A stretch of DNA of 64,000 bases from the NCBI GenBank assembly GCA_000004985.1, contig GG738857.1; one strand, written 5' to 3'. The notes under the pieces were generated by a model, which was given only the letters and a program-made list of their open reading frames with translations, was not told the DNA's origin and ran no database searches. Position numbers and translations under genes: made by a program. Below, in pieces: positions 10,494-20,501 of this stretch. The stretch comes from Naegleria gruberi (lineage: Eukaryota). How positions within the stretch are numbered: the first letter of the stretch is position 1; each line of letters begins with the position of its first letter.

Positions 10494-12647
10494 TCACAGA
10501 TCTATCAACCAGGTTTGGTGTTTGTTTTTTTTGAGTTTTCTGTTTTCCTCTTCCAATATTTTAATTCTTTCCGAAAGTTTGTCAACATCCTCTAATATTT
10601 TAATTCGTTCCAGTAAAGAGTTCTCCTCCAATAGGTTAATTCTTTCTAATAGGTTGGTATTTTCATCAGAAAGTTTATCAACTTCCTCTGCAAGTTGAGA
10701 GTAGCTCCTTAATGGTGAGATTTTCTTCAATTCTCCAATTTCCTTTTCAATATTCAAAGTGATATCTTTGATTTCACCTTTCAAAAATTTCAAAATATTC
10801 TCAATGGTTAACTTGTGAGAATAACAATTCAATCTTTTTGATGAATCTCTTTGAATCATGCTAATAATGCTTCTAATCAATATGTTATTCACTCCTAAAT
10901 CTGGATTAATCGTTTCATTGATTAGTTTTTCAATTGCATAATGTAATTTCATTTCTCCCTCTGTTGTTGTTACAACTGTATAGAAATATTTTCCATGTCC
11001 ACTAAAATATGGATACTTGTCATTATATTTAGAGATATCTGAATCATTAACAAATCTTTCACACAATTGCAAAGGACAATTTGTTAATAATTTCAATAAA
11101 ATACATCCCAATGAAAATATATCACACGAAATGGTAATTTGTCCAACATTGTGAGCAAGTTTTTCATCATCACCACTTTTCAATAAATCATCAGAATAAT
11201 TATCATGTGAAACTTCAGGAGACATGTATGCAAACTTTCCACGAGCAATTGTAATTGAATTACCTGTCTTGATAACTCTTGATGTTTCAAAATCAATAAT
11301 TTTGTAATGATCTTGAACTTTGACAATATTTTGAGGATCTAAATCTCTGTGCAAAATGTTGTGATCATGAATTGACTGAACTGATTTCAATACTTTGATA
11401 AATATTTCAAGAATTTCAATCAACTTTTCCTTCTTAATGAATCCATTTCTATAAATTTCACTTTCATTATTTCTTGAAATGTAATTTGATAATGATTCCT
11501 CTCCAAGTTCCATCACTGAATATAAATGATTTTGAATAATTTCACAATCAAAACATTTGATCTTTCCTTCAATATCTGTTCTTTTCAATAAATTAATGGT
11601 TTCTTTTGTTGATTCTTCAGATTCCTCTGGATCATATTTTAATTTTAATGCCCTTAATGATTTGCTACTTTTGTGAAATACTTTGAATGCAACACCTTCA
11701 CCTCCATATCCTAACAATGAAATAAAATCATAATTATTTTTGAAATAATTATAGAAATAATTGAGAGCTTTGAATACTTTTGATAAATCTCCTCTCAGCT
11801 CATTATATTTACACAAGGTTTGTTTGTAATTTTCAAATGTTTGCTCATTTTCAAACCACTTGTTGGCAAAATTCATAATTTCAGTAATTTCCTGTTTTGT
11901 ATAAAATGATGTTTCGAAATTTGTTGCAACTTGTTCCACAATATTCTTCAAATCTTTCATTCTTGTTGATTGACAGGGATTATCTTCAAGATATTTGTCC
12001 AATCTGAAACAAAATAAATAATAATTGACTCTTTCTGGAAGAAGAGTTTCAGTGGATAATTCTGAATGGTTCATTCGTTTCAATATTTGGAAAATAATCA
12101 ACTTTTCAACAAATACTGGTGTATAGATAGAATTAAAATTGAATATTGTACCTTTTGGTGTTGGATTAAAGAGACTTGTTAATTCAATAGCATAATATAA
12201 ATCCTTTTCATTCATAAATATTTTGGAGTATTGTTCAATTATATTAGTTGACAGCTTTGTCTGAAGATTAATGGATTCTTCAATTGTTTTGGTTATAGAG
12301 GGTGAGAACCTTCTTGCATTTACCTTGCTAAATTTAATTAATAAATAAATAAATATACTATCTTCTTTCAATGATGAATCAGCATATTGAAGTGCCTTTC
12401 CATGTTGTTTAACAGATTCCAATACAAATTCTCTGTTTTTCCTCAATGATGAATCTGCATATTTAAAAGCATATCCATTTTGTTTGACAGATTCCAACAC
12501 AATTTCTCTATCTTTTTTCAATGATGAATCAGCATATTCAAGTGCATTTCCATTTTTTTTAACAGCCTCCAATATAATTTCTCTATCTTTTTTCAATGAT
12601 GAATCAGCATATTGAAGTTCCAATCCATTTTTTTTAACAGCATCCAA
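10494..12647 (-). CDS. Protein kinase with N-terminal DUF4116 repeats (four or more) and a C-terminal coiled coil. The 5-prime exon is probably missing from this model
   Basis: Repeats match the DUF4116 pattern (ALEYADSSLKKDREIVLESVKQNG). The kinase motifs are GYGGEGVAFKV, ALKLK, HRDLDPQN, DFE replacing DFG, and YMSPEV. The C-terminal heptads (LSERIKILEEENRKLKK) are repeated. The reading frame stays open upstream to a TAG at 12662, immediately 3-prime of a possible acceptor (aatag|GCC GAT AGG AAA TTT GTA TTG GAT = ADRKFVLD, another DUF4116 half-repeat). The first in-frame codon is TTG, not ATG. Confidence 0.8.
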   Translation of the reverse strand: MDAVKKNGLELQYADSSLKKDREIILEAVKKNGNALEYADSSLKKDREIVLESVKQNGYAFKYADSSLRKNREFVLESVKQHGKALQYADSSLKEDSIFIYLLIKFSKVNARRFSPSITKTIEESINLQTKLSTNIIEQYSKIFMNEKDLYYAIELTSLFNPTPKGTIFNFNSIYTPVFVEKLIIFQILKRMNHSELSTETLLPERVNYYLFCFRLDKYLEDNPCQSTRMKDLKNIVEQVATNFETSFYTKQEITEIMNFANKWFENEQTFENYKQTLCKYNELRGDLSKVFKALNYFYNYFKNNYDFISLLGYGGEGVAFKVFHKSSKSLRALKLKYDPEESEESTKETINLLKRTDIEGKIKCFDCEIIQNHLYSVMELGEESLSNYISRNNESEIYRNGFIKKEKLIEILEIFIKVLKSVQSIHDHNILHRDLDPQNIVKVQDHYKIIDFETSRVIKTGNSITIARGKFAYMSPEVSHDNYSDDLLKSGDDEKLAHNVGQITISCDIFSLGCILLKLLTNCPLQLCERFVNDSDISKYNDKYPYFSGHGKYFYTVVTTTEGEMKLHYAIEKLINETINPDLGVNNILIRSIISMIQRDSSKRLNCYSHKLTIENILKFLKGEIKDITLNIEKEIGELKKISPLRSYSQLAEEVDKLSDENTNLLERINLLEENSLLERIKILEDVDKLSERIKILEEENRKLKKNKHQTWLIDL

Positions 12648-13050
12648 TACAAATTTCCTATCGGCCTATTGTTGTAGTCATCCATCACACGTTAATAAAA
12701 TCCCATCACAAAACACAAACCCAATCTTCGCCAAACATTTTTTTTAAAGTATAATAATTATAATAATTATTATAATTATTGACATTTAATTCCTTCTCGA
12801 TATATTATAATAATACCGATCACTTTCTAATTAAATTTTGATTTAAGGTCCTATCCACAAAAGACCTATATTCCGATCATTCATTTTCTTTTTGGACTAT
12901 TGCTAATACATGCATTTTTGTATGATAAAAGAGGGTCTACTTGTCTTACATTTTTTTAATTTAAATTTAAAAAGAATTTGAAAAATTAAGTAAGCGTTTT
13001 TTATTTGAAAGATTTTTTACCTTAATTTTGAACTTGTACTACAAATGTGC

Positions 13051-14151
13051 TCAATCTTTGGCTGCTGTAATTTTGTTAATTAACTTTTGAATTGTTTCTT
13101 CATCCTTTCCACTACTTTCCAAATTTCTGTTCCATTTGACACTGAAAACATCTCTCTCCATGGTTTGATATCTTCCCAATCGAATCAAATCAGCCAAACA
13201 AATGAAAATTACTGCACATTTCTCATCAGGAATATCTTTCAAATATGTCTCTAACAGTGCTTCTCTTTCTTCGTCATGAAATCTTGTTGATTGATGAATT
13301 AAAAGAAAGAATGAATTTCTTGTTTCATTGAGGTTAATTTCTGATTGGGAATTCAACTTTTTGAATTTAAATTCAATGTTTGAAAGTTCGAGAGATTTCT
13401 TGAATTTTTCTTCTAAATATTCTTTAGTGATATAACTAACATTTTCAGAAATGAATTGAATTTGGTAGGTTTTAACTTGTGGAGAGGTAGAAATGTTTTC
13501 GTTTCTGTTTGTTTCTAATGGTGATTGAGTGGTTGTGTGACTATTGTTAATAACATTTGGTTGAATTGGAGAATTATTCGAAATGAGTTGAAACTTGGAA
13601 TATTCAATGGCGATCAAGGTTGAAAGTAGGAGAACTGAAATCCAGAGAGGAGTTGAAATTGACCACATGTTTCGTTTAGTTTCTTTCACTTGTTGCTTTA
13701 ATTCTTGAATGGAATTATTAATTGGTTGAATGGTAGATTGAAACTGTCTATTAATATTTCTTTTCCATTCCCTTTCAGGAATTTCAACTTGAAATGTTTG
13801 GATTGTTTCTTCATTCTCAAAAATTTCACTTTCCTTTTTCAATTGTTTTTTAGTTTCCTTTCTTGATTTTACTTCCATTTTAGGAATTGTAAATGTTTCC
13901 TCTTGATCTCCTTCATAATCATCAGAATGTCCATTTCCAATCGGAGATGATTCTGTTGGAGTTTGTTTTTTAACCTTCTTCAAAGAAGGTGAATATTCTT
14001 CACTCTTATTCGAATCGTCCAAATTTCTCTTCTTGGCACTTTTAACAGTAAATCTAAACGAAACCTTTCCACCTCCATCTTCTTCACCATAATAGCTTTT
14101 CTCCTCATCAAAATCAACTGGTGAAGAATCCATCTCTGAATCCGCAAGCAT
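13051..14151 (-). CDS. Hypothetical single-pass membrane protein (366 aa). Acidic and Ser-rich N-terminus, one TM, C-terminal globular region
   Basis: Complete ORF. One strong hydrophobic helix (MWSISTPLWISVLLLSTLIAIEY). No recognised domain. Confidence 0.55.
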   Translation of the reverse strand: MLADSEMDSSPVDFDEEKSYYGEEDGGGKVSFRFTVKSAKKRNLDDSNKSEEYSPSLKKVKKQTPTESSPIGNGHSDDYEGDQEETFTIPKMEVKSRKETKKQLKKESEIFENEETIQTFQVEIPEREWKRNINRQFQSTIQPINNSIQELKQQVKETKRNMWSISTPLWISVLLLSTLIAIEYSKFQLISNNSPIQPNVINNSHTTTQSPLETNRNENISTSPQVKTYQIQFISENVSYITKEYLEEKFKKSLELSNIEFKFKKLNSQSEINLNETRNSFFLLIHQSTRFHDEEREALLETYLKDIPDEKCAVIFICLADLIRLGRYQTMERDVFSVKWNRNLESSGKDEETIQKLINKITAAKD

Positions 14152-14340
14152 TTTTTTTCTATTAATTTTTGCAAATTGAAAGTAAACGAAACGTGAAGTT
14201 TTTTACAATCAACATCACGTTAAGTACTAATCGAGTCTTTCTCAATTATCTCCGTGTCTGATCCTGATCACGTTTTAAATTTTCCTATTTAAGCTTTCAA
14301 AGTTGTTTGAAATTTTCAAAAACGAAATCAAAAAAAAATT

Positions 14341-15927
14341 ATGACAATAATTTCAAAGAGTGTTGATGAGAAGGTGGAATTTCCAAGTGAAACCTTTGCA
14401 AATCTTGAACAAGAAGAAGTTGATATTGATGTGGATGATAGTTTGAGTTCGATCACTTTCAAAACCGAAACTGTTTTGTTATCCGAAAGTGGATTGGAGA
14501 ACTGGAGACAATCTGAAAGTATTCTTGACAGAACTGTTGAAGAAGATGTTGATCAAGAAGAAGAAGAGCAAAATGAAGATATTGCCAAAGGTCAAGTTGT
14601 TGAACAAGACGAAACTAAACCAAAAGGTGATGAACATGCTGACGAAAGATCAACCAAATCCTATTCGAAATATGTCACTGCTTCTCAAACCATTGCTGTC
14701 GTTGCCTTGATTGCAATTCTAATTGGTGTCCTCTTTATTCAATACGATACCATCAAAGCACTATTCGAAACTAAGGAGAAACCAACTCCTTGGAAGATTC
14801 CTCTCCTCCTTCATCAATCTACTCACAATCTTTACGATGGAAAACAAAATCTTCAAGTCAAAGTCTTCATTCCAATTAACAACACACTCGAAAATGATTT
14901 CTATTTTGGTGTTAAAGTGGAAGATTCCAAATATGTCAAAATGTATAATTTCTCAACATTTGAACTCAAGCACAATTCAAGTCATCCATGTTTTCAAGAT
15001 TATCTTGTTATTGAAAATGTTAATTATGATCCAAATAAGGAGTTTATGGTCAATTATACCATGCCTATTCGAACTGAGAAGAATTGTTTCGAACATAATT
15101 TTACGAGACTCCCAAATGAATTCTCCTTCCAAGTTAAGGTAAAGGATATTGATGGAAATTCCCACTTCTTTACATTCAATCAGACCATTAGAGCTAATTT
15201 CTTTATGGGAAAGTTTGAAAAGATTTTAACAAATTTGAATGGAAAAATTGTCAAGTTTTTGAGTATTGGAAAAAGTGGAAGTGCAAAATCGACTGGAATT
15301 GTTGAATTATTCTTTTTCAGGGATATTTCTAACACTCCTGAGCTTCCTATTGATCTACCTTCAAAAATGGTTCCAAGTCATGTGACTCTCAATGTGTCAG
15401 AATATAACATGTCATTTGTCCCAGCTCACAAACAGTATTATCAATTTCCATTGCCTATTATTGGTGTAGATCCTATGGGTTTTCTTAATGTTACTGATTT
15501 TGACAAGTTTTTGATTACTGGCAGATTGCCACTTCATGTTGACCTCGTTTCCAAATGTAAAAACAAAAAAGATTGTCTAAAACGTTATGCAAACAAACCA
15601 ATTAACATGCCAGATGTCATTCTCTATTACATTTATCCAGATCAAGTCGAATCACAAGCTATAGAAATCAATCAACGTCTTCAACTAATTGCCGATCATG
15701 GAATCACATGTATCTTAATGTTTCCATCTGGTAATTTCGACTCAGAAGTTGACCTTTCATTCATTAATGGCAGATTCGCAAACAAATTCTTCCTTTACGA
15801 TTTCTATAGAAGAGATGATCCAGGTTCTGCTAATAATCCAAATATTTATAAGCGAAATGCTGATTTGTTAATGAGAATGTTGGAGATTGCGAATGGAAAG
15901 AGAGTTAGTGAGCAGAGGGAAAATTAA
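14341..15927 (+). CDS. Hypothetical type II membrane glycoprotein (528 aa). Acidic cytosolic N-terminus, one TM (IAVVALIAILIGVLFI), large lumenal or extracellular domain with many N-x-S/T sites
   Basis: Complete ORF. It is transcribed divergently from 13051..14151, with a 189-bp spacer. Confidence 0.6.
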   Translation: MTIISKSVDEKVEFPSETFANLEQEEVDIDVDDSLSSITFKTETVLLSESGLENWRQSESILDRTVEEDVDQEEEEQNEDIAKGQVVEQDETKPKGDEHADERSTKSYSKYVTASQTIAVVALIAILIGVLFIQYDTIKALFETKEKPTPWKIPLLLHQSTHNLYDGKQNLQVKVFIPINNTLENDFYFGVKVEDSKYVKMYNFSTFELKHNSSHPCFQDYLVIENVNYDPNKEFMVNYTMPIRTEKNCFEHNFTRLPNEFSFQVKVKDIDGNSHFFTFNQTIRANFFMGKFEKILTNLNGKIVKFLSIGKSGSAKSTGIVELFFFRDISNTPELPIDLPSKMVPSHVTLNVSEYNMSFVPAHKQYYQFPLPIIGVDPMGFLNVTDFDKFLITGRLPLHVDLVSKCKNKKDCLKRYANKPINMPDVILYYIYPDQVESQAIEINQRLQLIADHGITCILMFPSGNFDSEVDLSFINGRFANKFFLYDFYRRDDPGSANNPNIYKRNADLLMRMLEIANGKRVSEQREN

Positions 15928-16008
15928 AGAACTAAACGGAAACTATTCTTCATCTCTTAAACACAATCTTGGATATTTACCTTAATAAACAAAACATTGT
16001 AACAAATT

Positions 16009-17977
16009 ATGCTGAAAAAACAAAAGTTTTTGTTCCTTAATTCAAAAAAGTTTAAAAAAAAAATGATCACAATGAACATGTCTCATCCTCATCCTCCGAT
16101 GCTACTCTATAATTCTCAACAGCACGCCTATCTAGTATCATTAGTCTCCCAAAATAAATTAACAATGCAAATAATTCAAGAATCAATTTGTTATATAAAT
16201 TGTAATGTTCCGAATTATTTACCTTCCTTGTTGTTTGTGGCGGTTGAGAATAAAAAGATGGATATGATTAAATTATTATTGAGTTGTTCGCAAATTAATC
16301 CGAATATTGGGGTATGTGATGGTTCTTATTTAAATATATTTAATAATATTTATTGTAAAATATTTACAAAAATTTATTTAGAAAGTTGAACATGTTAATG
16401 ATGGATCCATGGTTATTTCACCTCTTGGACTTGCTGTAAAGAAAGGATTAACAGAAATTGTAAAAATCCTCGTACTGGATCCAAGAATTGAAATTGGGAC
16501 TGGATGTGTAAAGTATGAAACATTTGGAGCAACAAATTACACTTGTTTGGATCTGGCATGTGGAGAATCTTTATTTAAAGTTGTGGAATTGTTACTGTTT
16601 CATCCATATGTTCAAGTTAATCTGCCACTTTTACATCATCATACACACCTCAGACGATATCCATTGACAGTTGCTTGTGAAAACAACTGTATTGAAATTG
16701 TGAGATTGCTGCTTGCACGACCAGAAATTGATATCAATGTTACACAAGATCCAAAGCATAACAATTGTATCGATCAATTCAGTTTGAATACTCCTATGTT
16801 TTCTATTGAGGAAATTAGAAAGGTTGGTTTCAATTATCAAATAATCTATGATTTGATTGTTGCTGGACTCACTCCAAGCAATCCTACGCTTCTTAAAGAT
16901 TATTCACTTGAGGAAATTAAGAGGAGAAAGTTCAAGTATTTCACAAATAGAATTATAATCCAGAAATTTGAATGGGACAAAATTGGAGATACCAATTTGA
17001 CTGCATTTGTTCCCTTACTGAAAATAATGGATCCAGAATTAGAGACCATTTTGAAATTAGGTGTAAACTTTGATAAGGAAGAAGAACGTTTTGTTCAAAC
17101 GGTTATTGATTTTCTTATTTATGGATCGGATATAGATTTTCGTCAATTATTTCAGGCCTATTCTAATAAGGGTCATAATGCCAATATTAAGGGAGTTATT
17201 GGTGCTCTCGTTCTGTGTGGTTCATTACCACAAATCAATAGTTTATGTTACGAGTGTATATCAATACTTATCAAAGACGAATATTCTTTAGATATGGTAT
17301 TTAATATTTGGAAAATAATTCATGAGTACGAGAAGAGATTTCCATCATTATTGCAAAGTATGAACAAGTCCCTTGTTGGAAAAATCAAACAGCATGTATT
17401 AGACTGTATTGGAAACTTTGGACTAAAGAAGGATGCTAATATTTCAGAATTTCTTTCAGATTTTGATAATTACCATGAAGTCATTGAAGCCTTAATGAAA
17501 AGAAGAGCAACACCCTCATTCCCAAAGTTTAGCAAAAACGAAACCATCTCATTTCCATTTTCATCAGTTAAATTATTCGACCAACTTGCTTTAGATTCAA
17601 CAACTGATATAGAATTGCAAATTGGAAAAGAGAGAGTGAAATGTCACAGAACAATTCTCATGTCAAAGAGTACTTATTTCGCTACCTTATTGAATGGAAA
17701 TTGGAATTCACAAAACGATAACTATCCTATTGAAATGAAATATCTCATTCAATTCTGTTATGGATTTTTAGAATATGTTGAACCTAAACTTTGCATTCCA
17801 TTGATGAAATTAGCAAATATGCACGAAATGAAAGAATTAGCCATTCAGGTTGAAAAGCAAGCAATCATCACAAGAATCAATGTTGCTGAATATTTGAATT
17901 CACTTCTAAATGATGTTGAAGAACAGGAGAATGAAATTATTCAAGAGTTCATTCGAAGGATTGTCTTGTACAAATGA
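16009..17977 (+). CDS. Ankyrin-repeat plus BTB/POZ-domain protein. Two exons: 16009..16311 and 16382..17977 (intron 16312..16381, GTATGT...TTTAG, 70 nt)
   Basis: Exon 1 ends ...LLSCSQINPNIG|GTATGT. Exon 2 begins KVEHVNDGSMVISPLGLAVKKGLTEIVKILV, which is ankyrin consensus. The C-terminal BTB domain reads DIELQIGKERVKCHRTILMSKSTYFATLLNGNW...YPIEM. Both exons join in phase 0. Confidence 0.75.
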
Positions 17978-18133
17978 CGAGTTTTGATTGAATGATTCTC
18001 TACATGCCAATCAAAATAGAAACGCAACTTGTCAAAATATTCAACATCAAAATCAGATATTTTCACATCAAAAAAATTACATTTTCACATGCTTGGAAAA
18101 TCTTCATCTATTTATTTTACATCATCATGAAAA

Positions 18134-18491
18134 CTAGCGGAATTTACAATTTACAACAACAAGTACAATTGTGCATACAAAGGTACATGCAACAATAAAT
18201 ACGAAAGCTAGAGTTAAAAAGATTAGCAAAGCCAATCTTCCAAAATCGTTTTCAGTATTTGACAAGGAGAGGCCTAGAACATTGTAAGGTGTAGGAATAG
18301 GAAATAACTTTATCAACACATCCAATACTGATACATGTGCTTCTCTTTAGGGCACATTCAAATGCCAAACAATCATCGCGTCTTGTACCAGTCAAGGATA
18401 AGGCACTCATAACGATACCAACTATAAAACCAATGGATATGATAGAGAAACAAGCACCAATAGTAGCCAAGAGCAATAGACCTTTATTCAT
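18134..18491 (-). pseudogene. Paralog of the 9840..10388 small Cys-rich membrane protein. Its two conserved halves lie in different reading frames (apparent 1-bp frameshift, or a very unusual splice)
   Basis: Frame A (18491..18252) encodes TM plus SLTGTRRDDCLAFECALKRSTCISIGCVDK. Frame B (18325..18134) encodes FPIPTPYNV...NDFGRLALLIFLTLAFVFIV (C-terminal TM). Both halves align with the 9840 gene. No clean GT-AG intron links the frames. Confidence 0.4.
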
Positions 18492-18742
18492 CTTGTGTGG
18501 ATTGATTTTTTTGTATGGATGATGATTGTGAATAGAGGCGAGTTATGTGTGTGTGGATTGTTTATTGTTGTGGAGGTACTTCCACGCGTTTGTGGATCGA
18601 CGGAAATAACTGATCGAAATTCTATTTTTAAATTCTATTAGAAATGACTGGGTGATCGGCCGTTCTCGTGTATAACTCCCATGAAAACATTGTATACAAT
18701 CAAATGCATATGGATGAAAAGGATTGATGTTTACTATTATAT

Positions 18743-19654
18743 TTAAATCATGATCATTATCAAGACCATCACCAAAACTAAATAATTCGAAACCTTTACA
18801 ATATCCACACTACTCACTGATATCTTTGTAAAGGTAGAAAACGAGCTAGGATATCCAAACGCAATCACCTTACATGCAGTACAACTTGTCTTGTGATTAT
18901 TCATATAAATTGAAAAATCAACAACATCACCAATGATGGCATGAACTCTATTTCCAATAACTGCATCGAATTGTTCATCATATCCCAATGGAAGATAGGT
19001 TGCAAGTGGAAGGTTTTCCTTGATCCAATCCTCAAAGATAGTTCCAGAATAAGCTCCCACAATGGTGCCATTCTTATTGAACGAGTAAACATTTGAACTA
19101 TATCCAAGAGTTTCGTTATCCTTATTGTTTCGAATAAATCCGTATGAAGTGGAGCCATATGGACATGTTTGAAAGCTTACTTGAGTGGCTCTATCTGATG
19201 AATAAGAAGTGTCAGCAACAACAACATCACATCTTCCATCATTTACGGCATTTGACAAGGATGTAAAAAATCCATCGGTTGTGTTTATGAGAACGAGTGA
19301 ATTTTCCAATGACATTGAATATTGAGTATTGATTGCCTTGGTCAATTCTTCAGCAACCAACTTGTAGGCACTCGTCCAAGGTTCCATTGATTCCATTTGA
19401 TAACAATTCTTCAGTTGACTCATTCCTTTGAATGGATTCACACTCGGAAACACAACATTTGATGAACATTTAGGAACGTTGAAGAGAAGAATATCGAATA
19501 TTTTGCTTTGGAATGTAGATTCTTGAACAATGTTTTGAATGGCAGCATTAATTGCTTGTGTGAAGAGAGCTTGTTGACTATTTGTCAAGTCAATTGTCAT
19601 GAAAATGATCAACACTGCAAGAAAATTACTAGCAATAGATGAAGGAGCAAACAT
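18743..19654 (-). CDS. Secreted, probably GPI-anchored protein with a bacterial-type solute-binding protein family 3 (PBP type II; iGluR ligand-binding-domain fold) domain
   Basis: N-terminal signal peptide (MFAPSSIASNFLAVLIIFMTI). SBP_bac_3-like core (CDVVVADTSYSSDRATQVSFQTCPYGSTSYGFI). The C-terminus has Ser-rich omega-site candidates (SVSSVDIVKVS) followed by a terminal hydrophobic tail (NYLVLVMVLIMIMI-stop), typical of a GPI signal. Confidence 0.65.
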   Translation of the reverse strand: MFAPSSIASNFLAVLIIFMTIDLTNSQQALFTQAINAAIQNIVQESTFQSKIFDILLFNVPKCSSNVVFPSVNPFKGMSQLKNCYQMESMEPWTSAYKLVAEELTKAINTQYSMSLENSLVLINTTDGFFTSLSNAVNDGRCDVVVADTSYSSDRATQVSFQTCPYGSTSYGFIRNNKDNETLGYSSNVYSFNKNGTIVGAYSGTIFEDWIKENLPLATYLPLGYDEQFDAVIGNRVHAIIGDVVDFSIYMNNHKTSCTACKVIAFGYPSSFSTFTKISVSSVDIVKVSNYLVLVMVLIMIMI

Positions 19655-19776
19655 TGAGATGTTTTTTATGTGAATGTTGTGTGTGATTTTGTTTGTTGAT
19701 TTGGCCTTTCAAAAGTCTTTTCAAAAACTTTAAGTGTCACATTACAAAGATGCGTCTCTGTGTCTCACATTTACAA

Positions 19777-19826
19777 NNNNNNNNNNNNNNNNNNNNNNNN
19801 NNNNNNNNNNNNNNNNNNNNNNNNNN
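19777..19826. other. Assembly gap (50 N)
   Basis: n-run. Confidence 1.
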
Positions 19827-20501
19827 GCCATCAAGGTGATTCTCTTGCATTTTCTTATTTTCCTTTTCACACTTTCAATATGGAACTAATATCCATCATC
19901 AAGTAAATAGGCAGCAAATCGAGTAATTCACTCGGAAAGGATCATCCATAGAGATTAACAGTGTGACTTGGTATGAGTTTAAATTCACCATAGTTGTTGA
20001 TGAGTAAGTATTGAATGTTCCGAAAGACTTTCCTTTTTTCGATGGTTTGGTAGTACGTGGACCGACGGTTCTACCTTCCTTTTTGTTGGCATTTGGTTTG
20101 TTATTCTTCAAAGGATTCTTGTTTTTGAAAATAAATTTTAAATCAAATAATAATTATTTTAAAAAAGAAAAAATATTCAAAAAATGATGAAGCAGCTAAA
20201 CTACCTTTTCTCATCATCGGAATGTTGAGAACTTTATCATGATTCCGTATCATCAAGTAGTTTTCTTTTTGATGGAAATAATAGTGTGAGAGATTACTTG
20301 ACACTGAAGAGGTGGAGTTAATAGCAAAATAATGGGTCTACCAAACTTCATATAAATATCTAGTGAGAAGGTGGACAAGACTTGGGAATTGTCAATTACT
20401 GATTTTACAACGACTTGGTTACGATAATCATCCTTTTGTAATTCCCAAGTGACGACTCTGTTGGTTTCCAAGTAATTACTCGTCAACTTCCACAAAAAAA
20501 A

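Noticed and set aside
19899-20495. Two small minus-strand ORFs (70 and 80 aa) and a possible GTAGTT donor at about 20160, considered as a two-exon small gene
   Set aside because: No acceptor keeps either downstream frame open and no motif was recognised. The region directly abuts the RdRP-kinase start and a 50-N gap. Left unannotated.
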